Origin: a virus
Lineage: Duplodnaviria; Caudoviricetes
Reading direction: 5' to 3' (one strand)
Virus record (IMG/VR): IMGVR_UViG_2765235901_000002
Span: 7,161-71,160 of that record
Length of the DNA: 64,000 nt
The notes beneath the pieces were generated by a model. The model saw nothing but the letters and a program-made list of their open reading frames with translations, did not search any database and was not told where the DNA came from. Of the stretch, positions 1-9,097 are shown in pieces (positions within the stretch are counted from its first letter, which is position 1; every line of letters begins with the position of its first letter). A program made the position numbers and the translations under genes.

Positions 1-1
1 G

Positions 2-241
2 ATCATCGGCGTCGAGCTCGACCCGCGCGCGAAACTGCTCGACGAATCGTTCCATCACGACGAACGCGCCCTGTACCTGCTCGGCGCTGAAGACCACGGT
101 CTGCCGCCGGCCGTGCTGGACCGGTGCCACCGAATCGTGCAGATCCCGACACCGTCGGTGCAGTCGATGAACGTCGCTGTCGCCGGGACTTTGGTGATGC
201 ATGACCGATACGCGAAGACGCGGCAGCGGGTGGCGGCATGA
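2..241 (+). CDS. SpoU/TrmH-family (SPOUT) RNA methyltransferase, 3' part (5' end outside window)
   Basis: Not in ORF track; frame 2 reads IIGVELDPRA...LYLLGAEDHGLPPAVLDRCHRIVQIPTPSVQSMNVAVAGTLVMHDR, with SpoU motifs GxExxGL and IP-x(n)-S-x-N-x-A-x-A. Confidence 0.85.
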   Translation: MIGVELDPRAKLLDESFHHDERALYLLGAEDHGLPPAVLDRCHRIVQIPTPSVQSMNVAVAGTLVMHDRYAKTRQRVAA

Positions 242-501
242 GCGCCCAGGTACTGGCTGTCGATGTGACGACGCAATGGGGTATCTACGCCCACGGCACT
301 CCCGTCGACATCGCCGAATCCACTGACACCGAGTACGTCATTGTCCTCGCCGACCTGCCCCGTAATCGCCTGTTGGCTCGGGTGCCGCGGTCTGCGGTGC
401 GGCGTTACGGCGGGCTGCCGCCGAGGACGCGGCGTGCCCCTCTCGACATCGAAGCTGCCGACCCTGTCGCCGCGGCATGGTCCGAAGGAGAAGCAGCATG
501 A
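238..501 (+). CDS. hypothetical protein
   Basis: ATGA overlap with upstream and downstream genes. Confidence 0.7.
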   Translation: MSAQVLAVDVTTQWGIYAHGTPVDIAESTDTEYVIVLADLPRNRLLARVPRSAVRRYGGLPPRTRRAPLDIEAADPVAAAWSEGEAA

Positions 502-1010
502 GCGAAGACCCCACCGCGATCGATATCGATTTCGATCCGCAGCAACAGCGTATGTCGGGCGTCGCATTTCACGGCAACACCCCGTTCGATGTCCCGTTCA
601 TCAGTGAGATCGCACCGAACCTGTGGCAGGGCGGCTGCCGCCGCGGCCTGGTTCTGCCCGAGTTCATCACTCATCTCGTGTCGCTCTACCCGTGGGAGGC
701 ATACACCTACGAGCACGACATCGACAGTGCGATCAATGTCCGGATGTACGACAGTCACGAGCAGGGGATCGAGCAGGTCGATTCGCTTGCCGCATGGGTG
801 AACACGTGCCGCAAGAGTGGTGCGGTCCTCGTCCATTGCCAGGTCGGTCTCAATCGATCGAGCCTCGTCGTAGCGCGGGCACTCATGCTCGAAGGGGCGA
901 ATGGGGCTGACGCCATCGCGACTATCCGCGAGAAGCGGTCGCCGGCATGCCTGTGCAACGAGGCTTTCGAGCGCTACCTGCTGGGTCTCGATGCGGGGGC
1001 CGCAGCATGA
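498..1010 (+). CDS. dual-specificity/tyrosine phosphatase-family protein
   Basis: HCQVGLNRS (HCx5R) catalytic loop; start MSEDPT after GAAGGAG. Confidence 0.88.
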   Translation: MSEDPTAIDIDFDPQQQRMSGVAFHGNTPFDVPFISEIAPNLWQGGCRRGLVLPEFITHLVSLYPWEAYTYEHDIDSAINVRMYDSHEQGIEQVDSLAAWVNTCRKSGAVLVHCQVGLNRSSLVVARALMLEGANGADAIATIREKRSPACLCNEAFERYLLGLDAGAAA

Positions 1011-1252
1011 GCGATTACCTCGAGGTGGATCGCGGCGTGATCACCGCGGTGCCGCGGCATCTGCGGCTCGTGCCCTCCACCACCGGACCGACATACACCG
1101 AAGCTGACGAAGATCCGTATGAGGTCGACGTGTTCGATGCATCGTTCCCGAAAGATGACCGGCTCGATCCGTGGTCGAAGTTCGTCATCTGGGGCTGCCT
1201 CGTCCTGCTGTGCTGGGCGATCCACTACGTGTGGACCGGAGGCACCCTGTGA
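1007..1252 (+). CDS. small membrane protein
   Basis: C-terminal hydrophobic stretch FVIWGCLVLLCWAIHYVW; coupled ATGA start. Confidence 0.7.
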   Translation: MSDYLEVDRGVITAVPRHLRLVPSTTGPTYTEADEDPYEVDVFDASFPKDDRLDPWSKFVIWGCLVLLCWAIHYVWTGGTL

Positions 1253-1515
1253 GCCTCCACTTCGTCCTCAAGGCCAACGAGCAGCCCATCGGTTCCTTCG
1301 TCGCCACCCGCACTGTCGATCACGGCACAACCGATGACGCAGTCAACGGCTACGACGTGACTATCGATACGCCGGACTGGGAGTGGGACGGCCACGTTCA
1401 GCACCGATACGGCGACGGAGCATGGACCTTGGTTCGGCGCGCTATCGATCAGATGGAAGCAGAAGTTGCTGCGGCTACGGCCGCTCATGCTGCGGTAGTC
1501 GAGGCGAAGCATTGA
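1249..1515 (+). CDS. hypothetical protein
   Basis: GTGA overlap; VSLHFVLKANEQ... Confidence 0.7.
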   Translation: MSLHFVLKANEQPIGSFVATRTVDHGTTDDAVNGYDVTIDTPDWEWDGHVQHRYGDGAWTLVRRAIDQMEAEVAAATAAHAAVVEAKH

Positions 1516-1706
1516 CCGGGCCGATGGTGTGGGACGAGCAGTCCCTGTGGCGTCTGCCCGCCGGCACTCGATTTCGTGAGATCGGACGCCTGGGCCGCGA
1601 GTTCATCGTCGACGACCACCGCCCGGGTGTCCTGTGGCTCGGCTCGACTCCCTGCCCGGTCGCTGTGGTCGAACTGCCGGTCGAGGTAGTTACCCGTGCC
1701 GTCTGA
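1512..1706 (+). CDS. hypothetical protein
   Basis: TTGA overlap; fits the operon tiling. Confidence 0.6.
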   Translation: MTGPMVWDEQSLWRLPAGTRFREIGRLGREFIVDDHRPGVLWLGSTPCPVAVVELPVEVVTRAV

Positions 1707-1788
1707 CTTCGACCCATTCGAGGATCCCGCTTCGCGGTGGGACACCGAAACCATTCCTACTCAGACCATTTCCGAGGAGAAGTTGTGA
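1696..1788 (+). CDS. very small hypothetical protein
   Basis: 31-codon GTG ORF (VPSDFDPFEDP...) filling the gap and coupled to the next gene. Confidence 0.4.
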   Translation: MPSDFDPFEDPASRWDTETIPTQTISEEKL

Positions 1789-2303
1789 ACGATCGACAGA
1801 AGTTGTTGCGGACCATCGCGGCGGGAACCGCAGTGAAGCAGATCGCGGACGAGGCGATCAACGCGGCGAAGAAAGCGCTGCAGACGGACCTGCCGCGCGG
1901 CACCGAGTACCTGTACACGTCCGCGGATCCGGAGACGCGGGAGGAGCTCGGGTATGCGACGGTCCCGAAACCGACTCAGCCGAAACCGAAACCCGAACTG
2001 CGGGATGAGGAAATCTTGCCGTGGCTCCTCGAGGAAAACGAGGATGCCGTCGAAGTGCGGTATGTGATCAAGGACTGGGCGCGGAAGGACCTCGAGGCCG
2101 CAGCGCTCGCCGCGCACAAGGCGGGGGAGCCGCAGAAGCCTGGCATCGATGTAGTCGTTCCTGCGGCGCGGCCGGCGTCGGCACGGTTCACTCCGTCGAA
2201 GGATCTGGTGCCGCTCGTGCGTGGGATGTGGCAGTCCGGCGAACTCGACCTCGTCGACGTGCTGGCTATCGAGGCCCGATCAGAGCCAGGTGACGCAGCA
2301 TGA
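1785..2303 (+). CDS. hypothetical protein
   Basis: GTG start after GAGGAG; coupled overlaps. Confidence 0.75.
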   Translation: MNDRQKLLRTIAAGTAVKQIADEAINAAKKALQTDLPRGTEYLYTSADPETREELGYATVPKPTQPKPKPELRDEEILPWLLEENEDAVEVRYVIKDWARKDLEAAALAAHKAGEPQKPGIDVVVPAARPASARFTPSKDLVPLVRGMWQSGELDLVDVLAIEARSEPGDAA

Positions 2304-2662
2304 CCACATCCCAGATCCTCGCCGACGCTGCCGATCTGATCGACCGCAAAGGGCATTCGACCATCCACTACCAAACCGCTGATGGCCGTCTCTGCACTAT
2401 CGGCGCGATCGTCCTCGCTGCCGGTGGAACCTTCACCTACCAAGCCGACCGGGACGAGCCGGACGATTTCCACGGCCCGGACGGTGACGATTGGGCTGTC
2501 ACGGACGCTATCGCCGTCGTCGAGTCTGTCGTCACAGGCCTGCCCGTCAACTCACTGATGATGCCTGGTGGCTCGTTGGTGGAGTGGAATGCGAAACCGG
2601 ATCGGACTCAGCAGGAAGTCGCTGACGCGCTCCGCACCGCCTCGAAGCGGGTGGCCGCATGA
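2300..2662 (+). CDS. hypothetical protein (DUF6197-like)
   Basis: ILADAADLI..G...G.LC.IGAI...WN..P.RT..EV pattern typical of this actinophage family. Confidence 0.65.
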   Translation: MTTSQILADAADLIDRKGHSTIHYQTADGRLCTIGAIVLAAGGTFTYQADRDEPDDFHGPDGDDWAVTDAIAVVESVVTGLPVNSLMMPGGSLVEWNAKPDRTQQEVADALRTASKRVAA

Positions 2663-3117
2663 TGATCGAGTTCGAGGACGCAACCAAGATCGAGACTCCA
2701 ATCAGCTCTTGGGTCTACGAGTACCGATTGATGCAGCGATGCATCGTCAACAGCAATGGGTGCTGGCTCTGGCAGGGACCTACAGCTCCCCATGGCTATG
2801 GCACGACCATCCGGGCGTGGGGGAGGGGCTGGCTACCGCACAGGCTCGCCTACACGGTGATGGTCGGCGAGATTCCCGAGGGACTCCAGATTGATCACCT
2901 CTGCCGAGTCCGCAAGTGCATCAACCCCAATCATCTGGAGGCTGTCACTCAGGCGGAGAACCTGCGCAGGCAAGGCGCAGCCGTCACCGTCTGCCCCCGC
3001 GGCCATGCCTACACCTCTGGAAACACCTACATCACCCACGGAGGCGGCCGGGCGTGCAAGGCCTGCATCCGGCTCCGCAGCCGAAACCGCTACGCAGGGC
3101 AGGGGGCGTTGGTATGA
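2659..3117 (+). CDS. HNH endonuclease
   Basis: GCWLWQG...HRLAY...QIDHLCRVRKCINPNHLEAVT plus C-terminal CPRGH...CKAC. Confidence 0.9.
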   Translation: MMIEFEDATKIETPISSWVYEYRLMQRCIVNSNGCWLWQGPTAPHGYGTTIRAWGRGWLPHRLAYTVMVGEIPEGLQIDHLCRVRKCINPNHLEAVTQAENLRRQGAAVTVCPRGHAYTSGNTYITHGGGRACKACIRLRSRNRYAGQGALV

Positions 3118-4298
3118 CGTTGCAGACTCGACCACCAACTGGCTCGGTCCCGTACCCGCTCATCATGCTCGAGGGTGAAGAGAAGGCGGGCAAGTCCTGG
3201 GCGATCGCTGAACTGTCGGCATCCGACAAGGTCTCGCGCACACTGTGGCTCGATCTCGGTGAGGGTGCAGGCGACGAGTATGGCGCGATCGACGGTGCCC
3301 GTTATGAAGTCATCGTTCACGACGGACGCTGGTCGACGATCATCGGCCAGATCCGCGACGCCCGAGATCTCGCGCAGCAGTACCACGACGAGGGGAAGCC
3401 GCCGGTCGTTCTCGCGATCGACTCGGTGACCGCCGAGTGGGAGATGCAGAAGGAATGGGTCGACGCGAAAGCGCGCCGCCGCGAGAAGAACTCGAAGATC
3501 CTCGACAAGAATCCGGACGCGGAAATCCAGATCACGTCGGACCTGTGGAACCTGGCAAACGCGCGCCACAAGGACATGATGCTGATCCTCAAGCGTTTCC
3601 CGGGGATCGTCGTCATCACTGCGCAGGGTGCCGAGGTAGCTGTCATGGACAAGGCCGGTAACCCGACGAAGGACAAGACGTGGAAGGTCGACGCGCAGAA
3701 GAAGACCCCGTTCGATTGCTCGGTGTGGGTTCGGATGTTCCGCACCGAACACCCGCGGATTGTCGGGGCTCGATCGGTTCACATGGGCATCAAGCCGGGT
3801 GAGGACAAGCCGAAGATTGTCCCCGATCTGACGTTGGAGAAGCTGATCTTCGAGATGCTGAAGTGCAATCCGGCGGAGGCTCACGTTCGGGATCTGCAGT
3901 CCGGTGTGACGGCTGAGGAAGTGTTCCGTGTCGCCCGGGCCGCGGTGTCGAAGGATGACGTGAACTCGACGTGGAAGTTGGCGTTCGAGGAGGACATGCT
4001 CGACGAGTCCGATGGCGGGCAGACGGTCCGTGAGGTGTTGCTTGCCCGAGTCGACGCGATCAAGGCTGAAGCGGCCGCCACTGAGATACCCACTGCGGCA
4101 TCAGATGCGGGTACGCAGGGACCGGTGACGCCTGGCGATGAGGCTCGCGCCGCTCTCGCAGCCTCGTTGCAATTCAAGGGGATTGCGTGGGAGGTGGCAG
4201 TCGAGAAGTTCCGAACCGGAAACAACGATGACCTCGACACAACCGAGGACGTCGAATCGGTCAAGGCACTCACCCAGCATTACCGGGGGGTGAAGTGA
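3114..4298 (+). CDS. AAA/RecA-like ATPase (Sak4-like recombination protein)
   Basis: Walker A GEEKAGKS, Walker B-like VLAIDS. Confidence 0.8.
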   Translation: MTLQTRPPTGSVPYPLIMLEGEEKAGKSWAIAELSASDKVSRTLWLDLGEGAGDEYGAIDGARYEVIVHDGRWSTIIGQIRDARDLAQQYHDEGKPPVVLAIDSVTAEWEMQKEWVDAKARRREKNSKILDKNPDAEIQITSDLWNLANARHKDMMLILKRFPGIVVITAQGAEVAVMDKAGNPTKDKTWKVDAQKKTPFDCSVWVRMFRTEHPRIVGARSVHMGIKPGEDKPKIVPDLTLEKLIFEMLKCNPAEAHVRDLQSGVTAEEVFRVARAAVSKDDVNSTWKLAFEEDMLDESDGGQTVREVLLARVDAIKAEAAATEIPTAASDAGTQGPVTPGDEARAALAASLQFKGIAWEVAVEKFRTGNNDDLDTTEDVESVKALTQHYRGVK

Positions 4299-5047
4299 TG
4301 CGCGGAGAAGGGCTGGGATTCCCTGTTTCTCGAATCTGTCGCAGCTCTCGAGCCGACCTGGTCGATACCACTGCGGTCCGTGAACACATTGCGCGGTTGG
4401 AGTCGGTGGGGATGTCGATCGCGATGATTGCCCGGGCTGCTGGGATCACCGACACTCAGATCAGCCTGTACAAGTCAGGACAACCGTCGACCCGAAGGTC
4501 CTACGCCGTTGCAGTGTTGGCGGTTGATGGGCGTCCGTCGAAGCATCAAGCGTATGTGCTGGCCGTGGGTTCGGTGCGCCGTCTGCAGGGTCTGGCACGC
4601 ATCGGTTACACGTTGGAGCAGATCGCCACCGAGGTGGGGATGTCTTGGTCGTCTCTGTCGAGGGTGAGGTGCTCGACGGGGGCTGTGTTGTGGGAGACCC
4701 ATGTCGCGGTTCGTGATGTGTTCAACCGCTTAGGCATCGATGGCGGTTCGGAGATTGCTCGGCAGCGGGCCATCCGTAAGGGGTGGGTGCACCCGTTTGA
4801 GTGGACAGATATCGACGACCCGTTCGAGGTGCCCTCGGCACCGGAGGAATCGGGGCTTCCGGATCCGGTGGTTGTGGAGCGGCTGATGGCTGGCCAGCCG
4901 ACGAATGCGACCCGCGAGGAGCGCAAGGCCGCGTTCTTCATGCTCCGCGAGTCCGGCATGTCGGTGAATGCGGCCGCGGATATGGCACATATCAGTCCTC
5001 GTACGGCAGAACGTTATTCGAATCTTGAGAAGGGTGTGGCGGCATGA
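4295..5047 (+). CDS. helix-turn-helix DNA-binding protein
   Basis: Repeated HTH-like segments (SIAMIARAAGIT, TLEQIATEVGMS, SVNAAADMAHIS.RTAERY). Confidence 0.75.
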   Translation: MMRGEGLGFPVSRICRSSRADLVDTTAVREHIARLESVGMSIAMIARAAGITDTQISLYKSGQPSTRRSYAVAVLAVDGRPSKHQAYVLAVGSVRRLQGLARIGYTLEQIATEVGMSWSSLSRVRCSTGAVLWETHVAVRDVFNRLGIDGGSEIARQRAIRKGWVHPFEWTDIDDPFEVPSAPEESGLPDPVVVERLMAGQPTNATREERKAAFFMLRESGMSVNAAADMAHISPRTAERYSNLEKGVAA

Positions 5048-5214
5048 CGAGACGGATTGATGAGTTCGAGCAGCCGATGGATGGCGGGCATTACGCGGCC
5101 CGTTGGAAGGATCGTGTGCCCTCGAATCTGGGGGAGTGGGATCGGGAGCAGGAGCGTTCTGATCGATTGCGGGCGTTGGCCGCTGAGCGTGCCAAAGAAC
5201 GGAATCGGCCATGA
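5044..5214 (+). CDS. hypothetical protein
   Basis: MTRRIDEFEQP... 56 aa, ATGA-coupled on both sides; not in ORF track. Confidence 0.6.
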   Translation: MTRRIDEFEQPMDGGHYAARWKDRVPSNLGEWDREQERSDRLRALAAERAKERNRP

Positions 5215-6758
5215 CCTTGACTCTGACTGACATGTTCTGCGGCGCGGGCGGATCCAGTACCGGCGCAATCCAAGTACCAGGCGTCACGGTTCGGGTCGCA
5301 TCGAATCACTGGCAGCTCGCAATCGAAACCCACAACACCAACCATCCGGACGCTGACCACATCTGCGCAGACCTCACACAGATCGATCCGCGCTACTTCC
5401 CGACGACGGACATCGGTTGGTTCTCGCCGGAATGCACGAATCACTCGATTGCTAAAGGGAAGAAGCGGGCGGACTCGACTCCAGACCTGTTCGACGAGGT
5501 TCTGCCCGATGATGCGGCGGAGCGGTCACGGGCAACGATGTGGGATGTAGTTCGTTTCACCGAGTTCCACCGGTACCGCGCGATCATCGTCGAGAACGTC
5601 GTCGACGCCTGGAACTGGACACCATTCAAGGCGTGGCTGATGGCGATGGATTCCCTCGGCTACCACCACGAAGTCGTGTATCTGAATTCGATGCACGCGC
5701 AGCTCCGTGGGCCTGGTGCTCCGCAGTCCAGGGATCGGATGTACATCGTGTTCTGGCAGCACGGGAACACGAAACCAGCACTGCACCGCGTAACTCGACC
5801 TCATGCGGTGTGTGCGGAGTGCGGTCCGGTCCGTGCAATGCAGTCGTGGAAGAGGACCGACCGTGCTCCTTGGGGTCGGTACCGCGCGCAGTACGTCTAC
5901 AGGTGCCCGAATGTGAAGTGCCGGAACCGGATTGTGGAGCCAGCGTATCGGCCGGCGTCGGACATCATCGACTGGTCGCTGCAGGGCACCCGGATCGGTG
6001 ACCGGCCTCGACCGTTGGCGGCGAAGACGATGGCACGGATACAGGCAGGTATCGATCGATACTGGTCCGACCCGTTCATGATCGACCGCCGCGGTGAGTA
6101 TCGCGTTCGGGGCATGGACGCGCCGCTGTCTACCGTCACTGCGACGGAGACGACCAAGGCGCTCGTCGTCCCGGTGGAGGGCCGCGAAGGAAAGTCTGCT
6201 GCATCTACCGATGACCCGATGCGGACGATGACGACTCGTAGCGAGACGGGTGTGGCGTTGCCGTTCGTGACGGTGATGCGCGGCCAGTCTAAGAACCATC
6301 GCTCGGATGCGGCGCTGTCGACGGTGTCGGGCGGCGGCATTCACCACGGTGTTGTGTCGCCGCCGTTCATCGCTGAACTTCGTGGCGGCGGATCGGTTGC
6401 ACGACCAGCTAGTGATCCGCTGGCGACGGTCACGGCATCGGGGAATCACCACGGGTTGGTAACTGCGTTCTACGGCAAGGGGAGCAACACATCCCCGACG
6501 TCGAAGTCACTACCTACGGTCACGACAACTGAGCGACACGGACTGCTTGAGGCGGAACGACCAACGATCGATATCGATGATGTCAGGTTCCGGATGCTGG
6601 AACCGCGGGAGATCGTTGCGGCGATGGACTTCCCATCCGAGTACATCGTGTTGGGTACTCGTCGTGAGCAGGTCCGGATGGCGGGCAATGCGGTAACCCC
6701 GCCTGCCGCGCGGGATCTCGTCGCCGTCGTCGCAGAGTCACTGCTCGGTGCGGCATGA
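5211..6758 (+). CDS. DNA cytosine-C5 methyltransferase (orphan)
   Basis: DMFCGAGG (motif I), SPEC (IV), ENV (VI), QSRDR (VIII), C-terminal GNAV. Confidence 0.92.
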   Translation: MTLTLTDMFCGAGGSSTGAIQVPGVTVRVASNHWQLAIETHNTNHPDADHICADLTQIDPRYFPTTDIGWFSPECTNHSIAKGKKRADSTPDLFDEVLPDDAAERSRATMWDVVRFTEFHRYRAIIVENVVDAWNWTPFKAWLMAMDSLGYHHEVVYLNSMHAQLRGPGAPQSRDRMYIVFWQHGNTKPALHRVTRPHAVCAECGPVRAMQSWKRTDRAPWGRYRAQYVYRCPNVKCRNRIVEPAYRPASDIIDWSLQGTRIGDRPRPLAAKTMARIQAGIDRYWSDPFMIDRRGEYRVRGMDAPLSTVTATETTKALVVPVEGREGKSAASTDDPMRTMTTRSETGVALPFVTVMRGQSKNHRSDAALSTVSGGGIHHGVVSPPFIAELRGGGSVARPASDPLATVTASGNHHGLVTAFYGKGSNTSPTSKSLPTVTTTERHGLLEAERPTIDIDDVRFRMLEPREIVAAMDFPSEYIVLGTRREQVRMAGNAVTPPAARDLVAVVAESLLGAA

Positions 6759-7039
6759 ATCCCGTAACGACGCCGCCGGTGTGCGAGCTACCGCAGGGAA
6801 TGGTCGGGACGCCCCGGTGCACGAAGGCCGCCGAACACGTCGCCGATATTCACGGATGCATCCTCGATCAGCCTGAGCGGGAATGGATCCGGGTCCGGGT
6901 GTGCATCGACCACGTCGTCGCCGGCCATAAGGCGTGGACGGCGATGGTCGCGCAGTCGGTGAGCGGCCGGGCCGTGTGTGCGGACTGCGGTAAGCCGTTC
7001 CCTCGGTTCCGGGAACTGTTCCGGAAGGTGCGCTCATGA
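6755..7039 (+). CDS. hypothetical Cys-rich protein
   Basis: Coupled ORF with CxxC. Confidence 0.6.
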   Translation: MNPVTTPPVCELPQGMVGTPRCTKAAEHVADIHGCILDQPEREWIRVRVCIDHVVAGHKAWTAMVAQSVSGRAVCADCGKPFPRFRELFRKVRS

Positions 7040-8364
7040 CGGTCTATTACGTCGACGACGTCGTCACGCTCCACCACGGTGACTGCATCGACATACTCCG
7101 TGCCCTCCCGGACAATAGCGTCGACTCCGTCGTCACCGACCCGCCCTACGGCCTCGAATTCATGGGCAAAGATTGGGACGGGGCGGATGGGTTCCGCCGC
7201 AGCTTGAACGCCGCTGACGCCAGTCGTGAATCGGTATTCGGTCGAACCTCACGAAAAGCGCCGGAGTACAACACAGGCCGAGGCGTCCGCGTTGCCGACG
7301 AACGCGCCACCGAAATGACTCCGACGGGCCAAGGTCATTCGACAAGCGCGGGCCCCTATCTCGCGACGCGGGTCGACTCCACGCGGATTGCAGGAAAGCC
7401 GTTCGAGCAGTGGTGTGGGGCCTGGGCTGCGGAATGCTTGCGTGTGCTCAAGCCTGGTGGCTATATGGTGGCGTTCGGCGGTTCGCGTACATGGCACCGA
7501 CTTGCGTCGGCTGTCGAAGACTCGGGTTTTGAGATTCGCGACTCGATTGCGTGGCTGTATGGATCAGGATTTCCGAAGTCTCTCAATCTCCCAGGCGGAC
7601 TAGGGACGGCTCTCAAGCCTGCGTTCGAGCCGATCGTCGTCGGACGTAAACCGTTGATCGGCACGGTTGCTGCCAATGTTCTCACTCACGGCACAGGTGC
7701 ACTCAATATCGACGCATGCCGTACCGAGACCACGGACAAATTGGGGGGCGGCGCGGAGAGCGGTTCGACTGCGTGGTCTGCACACGAGGAGTGGCAGCGA
7801 CCATGGATGACCGACCCTGAGAAGTTGGCCGCACACAGTGCGCGCGTCAGCGACAACGTCGAGAAGGCTGAGTTGCTGGGTAGATGGCCGACGAACGTCC
7901 TACTCGACAAGGGGCAAGCGGACGAGCTGGACCGTCAGAGTGGTGCTCGGGCGGCAGGAGGGAGTGTGCGCGGCGATGAACCATCAAGCCGAACAAGCGC
8001 TGTCTATGGCGAACACGAGCGGACCCCGTTCGTAGGTCACGGCGATACCGGCGGGGCTGCCAGGTTTTTCCCAACGTTCCACTATCAGGCGAAGGCCCCG
8101 AGCAGTGAACGCCCAAACGTCGACGGTGTGCAGCATCCGACGGTGAAGCCGCTCGACCTGATGCGTTGGCTTGTCCGACTGGTCACGCCTCCGAATGGTG
8201 TTGTGCTGGAGCCGTTCGCAGGATCGGGGACGACAGCTGAGGCATGCGTGCATGAGCACATGAAGTGCATCGCGATCGAGCGGGAGGCGGACTATCTGCC
8301 GCTGATCGTTGCTCGCTTGTCCAAGCCGATTGAGGTCGGGTTTGACTTTGGAGCGATGCAGTGA
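7036..8364 (+). CDS. DNA adenine-N6/cytosine-N4 methyltransferase (beta class, orphan)
   Basis: DPPY catalytic motif, HPTVKP, EPFAGSGTT SAM-binding motif. Confidence 0.92.
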   Translation: MTVYYVDDVVTLHHGDCIDILRALPDNSVDSVVTDPPYGLEFMGKDWDGADGFRRSLNAADASRESVFGRTSRKAPEYNTGRGVRVADERATEMTPTGQGHSTSAGPYLATRVDSTRIAGKPFEQWCGAWAAECLRVLKPGGYMVAFGGSRTWHRLASAVEDSGFEIRDSIAWLYGSGFPKSLNLPGGLGTALKPAFEPIVVGRKPLIGTVAANVLTHGTGALNIDACRTETTDKLGGGAESGSTAWSAHEEWQRPWMTDPEKLAAHSARVSDNVEKAELLGRWPTNVLLDKGQADELDRQSGARAAGGSVRGDEPSSRTSAVYGEHERTPFVGHGDTGGAARFFPTFHYQAKAPSSERPNVDGVQHPTVKPLDLMRWLVRLVTPPNGVVLEPFAGSGTTAEACVHEHMKCIAIEREADYLPLIVARLSKPIEVGFDFGAMQ

Positions 8365-8705
8365 GGGCGGGCGCGTTCACCAACGACACCCGTCTCATCA
8401 TCGAAGCACGCGCAATGGGTGTCTGTGAGATCTGCATGAATGCCCCGATCCAGCAGTTTCACCACCGCCGGCCGCGGGGCAGTGGAGGTACTCGCCGCCC
8501 TGAGACCGCGTACCCGTCGAACGGACTCGCTCTCTGCTCGCCGTGTCACGCAACCGTCGAGAGCAACCGCGACGAGTCGTATCGCCTCGGCTATCTGGTT
8601 CGGCAGCAGCACAATCCGGAAGATGTGGCGGTGTGGATTGGTGGCCGATTCATGTTCTTCACGAAGCACGGTGGCATCGAGTCGCCACCGCAGGAGGCTG
8701 ACTGA
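8361..8705 (+). CDS. HNH endonuclease
   Basis: CEIC...QFHHRRPRG...SNGLALCSPCH. Confidence 0.85.
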   Translation: MRAGAFTNDTRLIIEARAMGVCEICMNAPIQQFHHRRPRGSGGTRRPETAYPSNGLALCSPCHATVESNRDESYRLGYLVRQQHNPEDVAVWIGGRFMFFTKHGGIESPPQEAD

Positions 8706-8778
8706 TGGAAAGCCAAGAGGTGTTGCGACACAACCAAATACACCACATCGGTATAGAACGTTTGCGTGGCGAACGATG

Positions 8779-8869
8779 TAGGATAAAAAGCGACCCCGCA
8801 TCATCGGCGCGCCAACGCCTAGCGGGGTCTGACCAACCCCAAACCAGTCATGACATAGGGAAGGCTGAT
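8779..8869 (+). promoter_or_regulatory. candidate -10 plus structured leader element (copy 1)
   Basis: TAGGAT, AAGC, stem GACCCCGC/GCGGGGTC with inner hairpin, TGACC, then RBS. Confidence 0.5.
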
Positions 8870-9097
8870 GTGACTATAGCCAGTGTAGAAGGCGATCCCG
8901 AGCCAGAGCAGGTCGATCGCATGATCGGCCGCCTCGATCAGGTCCGTGACCTGTACGAATCGTCCCGAATGAACCGTATCCGGTTGATGTCGGAGGCCCG
9001 GAAACTGGGCATGTCGTGCCACGAAATCGGGATCGTTCTGGGGATCACCGAGAACGCTGTTCGTTCGGCGATCAAGCGGGCAGGTGGCGTCACCTGA
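8870..9097 (+). CDS. small HTH DNA-binding protein
   Basis: GTG start after AGGGAAGG; LGMSCHEIGIVLGITENAVRSAIKR. Confidence 0.75.
   Translation: MTIASVEGDPEPEQVDRMIGRLDQVRDLYESSRMNRIRLMSEARKLGMSCHEIGIVLGITENAVRSAIKRAGGVT

Noticed and set aside
3114-4298. Polynucleotide kinase partner for the RNA ligase
   Set aside because: Size, motifs and context fit a Sak4/AAA recombination ATPase
8705-8869. N-terminal 55 aa of the tracked ORF 8705-9097
   Set aside because: Region is AT-richer and holds a -10, hairpin and RBS; the GTG at 8870 is the better start
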